Position numbers and translations under genes: made by a program
Notes under the pieces: generated by a model
Seen by the model: only the letters and a program-made list of their open reading frames with translations
Told to the model about the DNA's origin: nothing
Database searches by the model: none
Part shown: in pieces, positions 58,006-64,000 of the stretch
Layout of the letters: every line of letters begins with the position of its first letter
How positions within the stretch are numbered: position 1 is the stretch's first letter
Assembly (NCBI RefSeq): GCF_009914755.1
Contig: NC_060940.1
Strand: one strand, 5' to 3'
Origin: the human T2T-CHM13v2.0 reference genome, Homo sapiens
Length of the DNA: 64,000 nucleotides

Positions 58006-58663
58006 CTTCCACAGTTAAAACAAAAAAAAAGTTAAATAGTAACTCGTACTCAAAATTTTGCTACTGGCCAGGCAGTTCCAATTTACACAACTCACCCACC
58101 AGCTTAAAGACAACATGGGTAACTAACAATGGGTTCCTAAAAACTTTATTTCCATCCAAAACTACCGGTCAACCCCTCCCCACTGGACTGAGGAAATCAC
58201 ATCATCTGTTTTCTTTTTTTTTTTCTTTTTTGAGACAGAGCACTACATGCTTGTGAAGACAACTGAGGGTATGTAGTAGGCAGTACTAAAGACCACCTTG
58301 GGTCTCCCTCATCAACAGAGTGGCAAGGGGCAAATGCCCTGGACTTCTGAGCCCAGAGTCTTTCAGTCCCAGAAACAATCCAACAGCAAATCTCTATCTT
58401 CCGTCTCTTACTGGAGCATATCTCTTCCAAGCAAGAGAGACTACGCTGACAATTGTGGAAGAGGACAGAATTTGGAAGAGTAACAGCAGCCTTATATAGT
58501 CCCTTTACTCACCTATGACGAAAGGTGGCAACAGCCCTGGCTCTCTGGTTCCTAAAGCCCAGCTCTCTCTATGTCTTCTTTACTGGACTCCATGGCAACA
58601 CTGACTGGCACCGCTGTCACCAGAGCTCAGAAGGAAAGTGGGCAGCAGGCCTCTCCCACTCAC

Positions 58664-58820
58664 CTTCCTTCTGCTTCCTCCACTGGAACTCCAGGACCAC
58701 ATCATCATGCCCCACGAAGGTGTGGACTGGGGTGTTCAAGTCAAAGACATTCCACAGGAGAAGGCTGTTTTCCCTCCGCAGCTGGGGAACCATCACAGTC
58801 ACCAATCCATTGCTGAAAGG
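58664..58820 (-). CDS. WDR59: WDR59 coding exon (~10), WD40, PFSNGLVTVMVPQLRRENSLLLWNVFDLNTPVHTFVGHDDVVLEFQWRKQKE
   Basis: 157 nt, ag|CCT...GAA G|gtgagt; GH..W WD40 signature. Confidence 0.96.
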
Positions 58821-60154
58821 CTAAGGCAGGGAAGGGAAAAGCAGGTGATTAGATTATTTCAGGGAGAATCAGCTGAGTCTTGAGTTTCCAAACCTGGAAT
58901 TCTTCCTAAGTAAAATAAATTAGATAATGGAAGGCCCCAACTCATCTGGAGAAATTTTTCCCAAACACCATAGGCTGCACATCGCGTCTACTTTTCTCTT
59001 TGCTTATGGAAGGGACCAAAGCAAGTGAAAACTCAGGCTGAGGCAAGCGCTTGAAGAACTTTGAAAATTCTAAAATAAGCAAATGGTACTGATTGCTATG
59101 CAATGAAACACACTGTTTCACATCCTAGCTACTCTCCATGAGTTACCACTCAAGAGATACTGAGTGCTTTCCCAGAATGAGCATGCAGGGCTGACAGGGA
59201 AAATCCCTGGAGCAGCAGACCTAATTCTTGCCACGTGGAAATGCACCAGAAAAACGCCATCCACATGAAGCATCACCTTCCCGCCCCCCCGGCACTGCAA
59301 CTGCTCAAAGGAAAACTTGCTCGCTTCAGGACTGACATGTTTTACTTGGCAAAACCCAAACTACTGGGTAGCTAAGGGTTCCATTCAGTTGATAATTAGA
59401 CTCTGTTATTTAAGGAATAAACCACAGTCACCAAAGAGCACATTTATCTTCACCGCCCCTCCTGGTAGCACTCTTGGACTTTTCTGTTTATTTTTTAAAG
59501 CAAACATATTAATCCAGAAAAGTATTTCAGTTCCTAAGAAGAGTGTCTGATTTCTTGGCAAGCGATCCCAGGTACAAAACCAACTTAATACCCAAATTAC
59601 CTTTTTTGCTCCACAATGCTCCATGGTGACAGCCCAATGTATAAAGGTAGCTTTATCCATCCCTGTGCTAGCTTTCAGATTGACATTAAAGGAAATACAT
59701 TATCTCTCACCCGTGTGGCAATGGAAAATTACTAGAAGGTTGATAACAGCCTACCCACTCTATTTGTAGCATTTAATGGTTTAGAAAGCACATTCATATA
59801 AGTTATTTCAAAAGAAAGTCAGCTTGTGAACTACAGAATTGTATACTTTGGTGGATTTTATCACAATTTTAAAAAAAGGAGGGCATAGTAAAAATTACTA
59901 TTCATATTCTACAGTAAAGGAAATTTCTGCTCAAAAACATCAAATGGCTTGCCCAAGGCCATACCAGTATTAAATGATAGAGCATGGCCCCCAGCCCAGG
60001 TCTTCTGAATTTAAAGCCAGAGTTCCTTCCACCACAATTCACAGACCTCAAGCCTCCTGACCCTCTCCTCCATCTACCCTGCTGCCGGCCCTACCATTAG
60101 TGAGTATCTTTACATGGCCTAGCTTCTCTGTGGAGCTTTGATCAGCAATTCTGA

Positions 60155-60471
<317 letters not shown>

Positions 60472-60642
60472 TAAGTAGTTAACAGCATTTAAGCTATCAT
60501 TATCACGTTTGTCCCACCACTAAACCAACAGAGAAAGAGAAAATCACCTCACAAAGAAAATAAGAGAAAATGTCCCCGGGCTCCTTCTTTTTGGAACACC
60601 CAAAAAGAAGTTTCTTATCAAGAGGCAGGGTGGCTCACTCAC

Positions 60643-60720
60643 TGTGTATCTGGCCTTCCAGACAGGCACCTGGCAAGGAAGAATATTGAGGTATTTCCGA
60701 GGCTGGCGGTAATCCCAGAA
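60643..60720 (-). CDS. WDR59: WDR59 coding exon (~9), WD40 region, FWDYRQPRKYLNILPCQVPVWKARYT
   Basis: 78 nt, ag|TTC...ACA|gtgagt, phase 0-0; peptide recognised as WDR59. Confidence 0.95.
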
Positions 60721-61639
60721 CTAGAAGAGAGCAAGCAAGATCATTTGTGAAATAAATGCCATTAAAAAATTCTACTGAAATAAGCACAGCCTTTGAACTC
60801 ATTGCTTCTGGTCCTCTAAAGATACACTTCAACAACATATTTTTAGTTCAGCTCCTATAACCACGCACTGTGACAGAGACACAAAGAAACCTCCCTTTCT
60901 ATTTCTAAAACATTACAGGAGAATTTCTGGACTTTATGAGGACCACTAAACGCGGCAGGTCACTGTCAACAGGTTTGATTACGAAATGACCTTTAGAGCT
61001 GAAAATTCAGAGTGACGTGTTTGATTTTGTATCACGTTTACATCTTGCAGGTAATTTAAGAACAAGAGCTGAAGTGTCCTGACTACTCATTACATTTCAG
61101 ACATATATTTAGAACTTTTTTTTCCCATTTAATCTTTGTAACAACCATATATGTTATTAATCTCTTTTTCAAATGTAGAGGCTATATAAAGAAACGACAT
61201 AATGTGCAAGGTCACAAAGAAAAAAGGCAGCTGTGTGAAAACCTAGGAGCCAATCCATTCAAGTCCACACCTGCTGTCATCCTCCAACATCTGAGGTGCA
61301 GTTCTTGAAATTGTAGAGCACACAAAGTGAGCCACACAAACTACCTTAGAGACACCTATGCTTCTAACGTGAGAGACACATACGCTTAGAACTCCAGCAT
61401 TTGTCACAAAGGCAGGAAAGCCAAGAGTGAAAGTCGGAACTGCTTAAGTTTAGGAAGTTTTTTCAAAAATAGATGACAGCAATCACTCTGGAAATCGCTA
61501 TGGCAATTTCTTTTTTTAATAGAGGTGGGATCTTGCCATGTTGCCCGGGCTGGTCTCGAACTCCTGAGCTCAGGCAATCCTCCCACCTCGGCCTCCCAAA
61601 GTGCTGGGATTACAGGTATGAACTACCACTCCCGGCCAC

Positions 61640-62450
<811 letters not shown>

Positions 62451-62453
62451 TCA

Positions 62454-62735
<282 letters not shown>

Positions 62736-62777
62736 GTATATCAGACTATATGGAAAACAGTGAAAAAGTCTAATAAA

Positions 62778-63129
<352 letters not shown>

Positions 63130-64000
63130 TAATATTTGAAGACAGAATAAAGGTTGAAAATTTCCCCAAAGTGAGGATGGCCAACAAGCCACAGATGTAA
63201 GAAGTACTTTCCTCCTTCTTACAAAAGAAACCAGTTTTGATAATGGCCTTTAATAATCATAACCTTTTCTGTAGAAGGGGATGATCCACACGTGTACTCT
63301 CACACTGGCCTTCTCTGTTTCAAAACTTTTAGAGACTTAATAAAGTATAGGGATATATATTCAGGCCCAAAAATCTCTTACTAAACTTTAAAATATCAAA
63401 ATGTTTTAAAACTGGTTTTACATTGTTTTAGAGCAAAAGAAGAGACTTTCCAAAGGTTTTGCTTGGTTTGGTTAATAACTTTGGGAATAAGCCTGAATGG
63501 AAATGGAAATGACTTGTCTGGAGTTTCATAACCTTCTGAAAAATTTAGAGTTCGAAGTGGGTGACTTTTTCTCCTCTCAAAAGAAAATGAGGATATCCCA
63601 AGGAAATATATAAATGAGCCAAGCTGGAATGCAAGGGAGAGTTCTATGTGCCAACAATGAGGTGTTAATAAATCTTAGAAGCTGTTCCTCTACTTAATGC
63701 ACAATATGAATGAACAAGCATTACAGAGCACAGCACATATGAACGGGCAAACACCCAGCTGTAAAATCCTGCTTAGTTCCCCAGCCTGCCTGAGGGCTGG
63801 ATGAGGTTCTTCCATTGAGTACGTGGGAAGAGATGAATGCAATCATTTCTGAGCAGAAGTGTTAGCATAATTTTGCCTATTTCCAAAAAAAAATTAATGA
63901 TTTAGATTGAAAAGTTTAGATGGCATAACTGTTAAATTTAATGGCATCTCTGTTTTGATTCACTATGAAGACTAATAATCAAGTAGCTAAACATAAAATG

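Noticed and set aside
58505-58515. Strong donor TAG|gtgagt 151 nt downstream of exon ~10
   Set aside because: Isolated donor consensus sites are common and the true donor is equally strong

Overview
Primate, almost certainly human, genomic DNA that is very rich in Alu and LTR elements. It holds the 3' three-quarters of WDR59 (GATOR2 subunit, mTORC1 amino-acid sensing) on the minus strand. I traced 18 phase-consistent GT-AG coding exons from 60720 down to the TGA stop at 10925-10927 (2274 nt, 757 aa plus stop). They encode the last WD40 repeats, the RWD domain, the helical region and the C-terminal Zn-finger/RING-like module. A proximal AATAAA lies at 10331-10336. Exon numbers 9-26 come from my recollection of the reference gene model. 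About 1-10 kb is downstream sequence made mostly of nested repeats. The best leads are: two unexplained phase-0 cassette exons in the ~10 kb intron 30530-40651 (a 57-nt exon adding an RRxS motif, and a 33/36-nt candidate microexon whose NAGNAG acceptor toggles between an in-frame insertion and an immediate stop); a decayed retroviral env relic in the last intron; an internally deleted MER9/HERV-K9 provirus inserted into an Alu TSD; a MER85 piggyBac element; and tandem miR-141/200a seed sites in the 3'UTR. Nearly all ORFs in the supplied track are repeat-derived artefacts. Repeat family names are from memory of consensus sequences and their boundaries are approximate.
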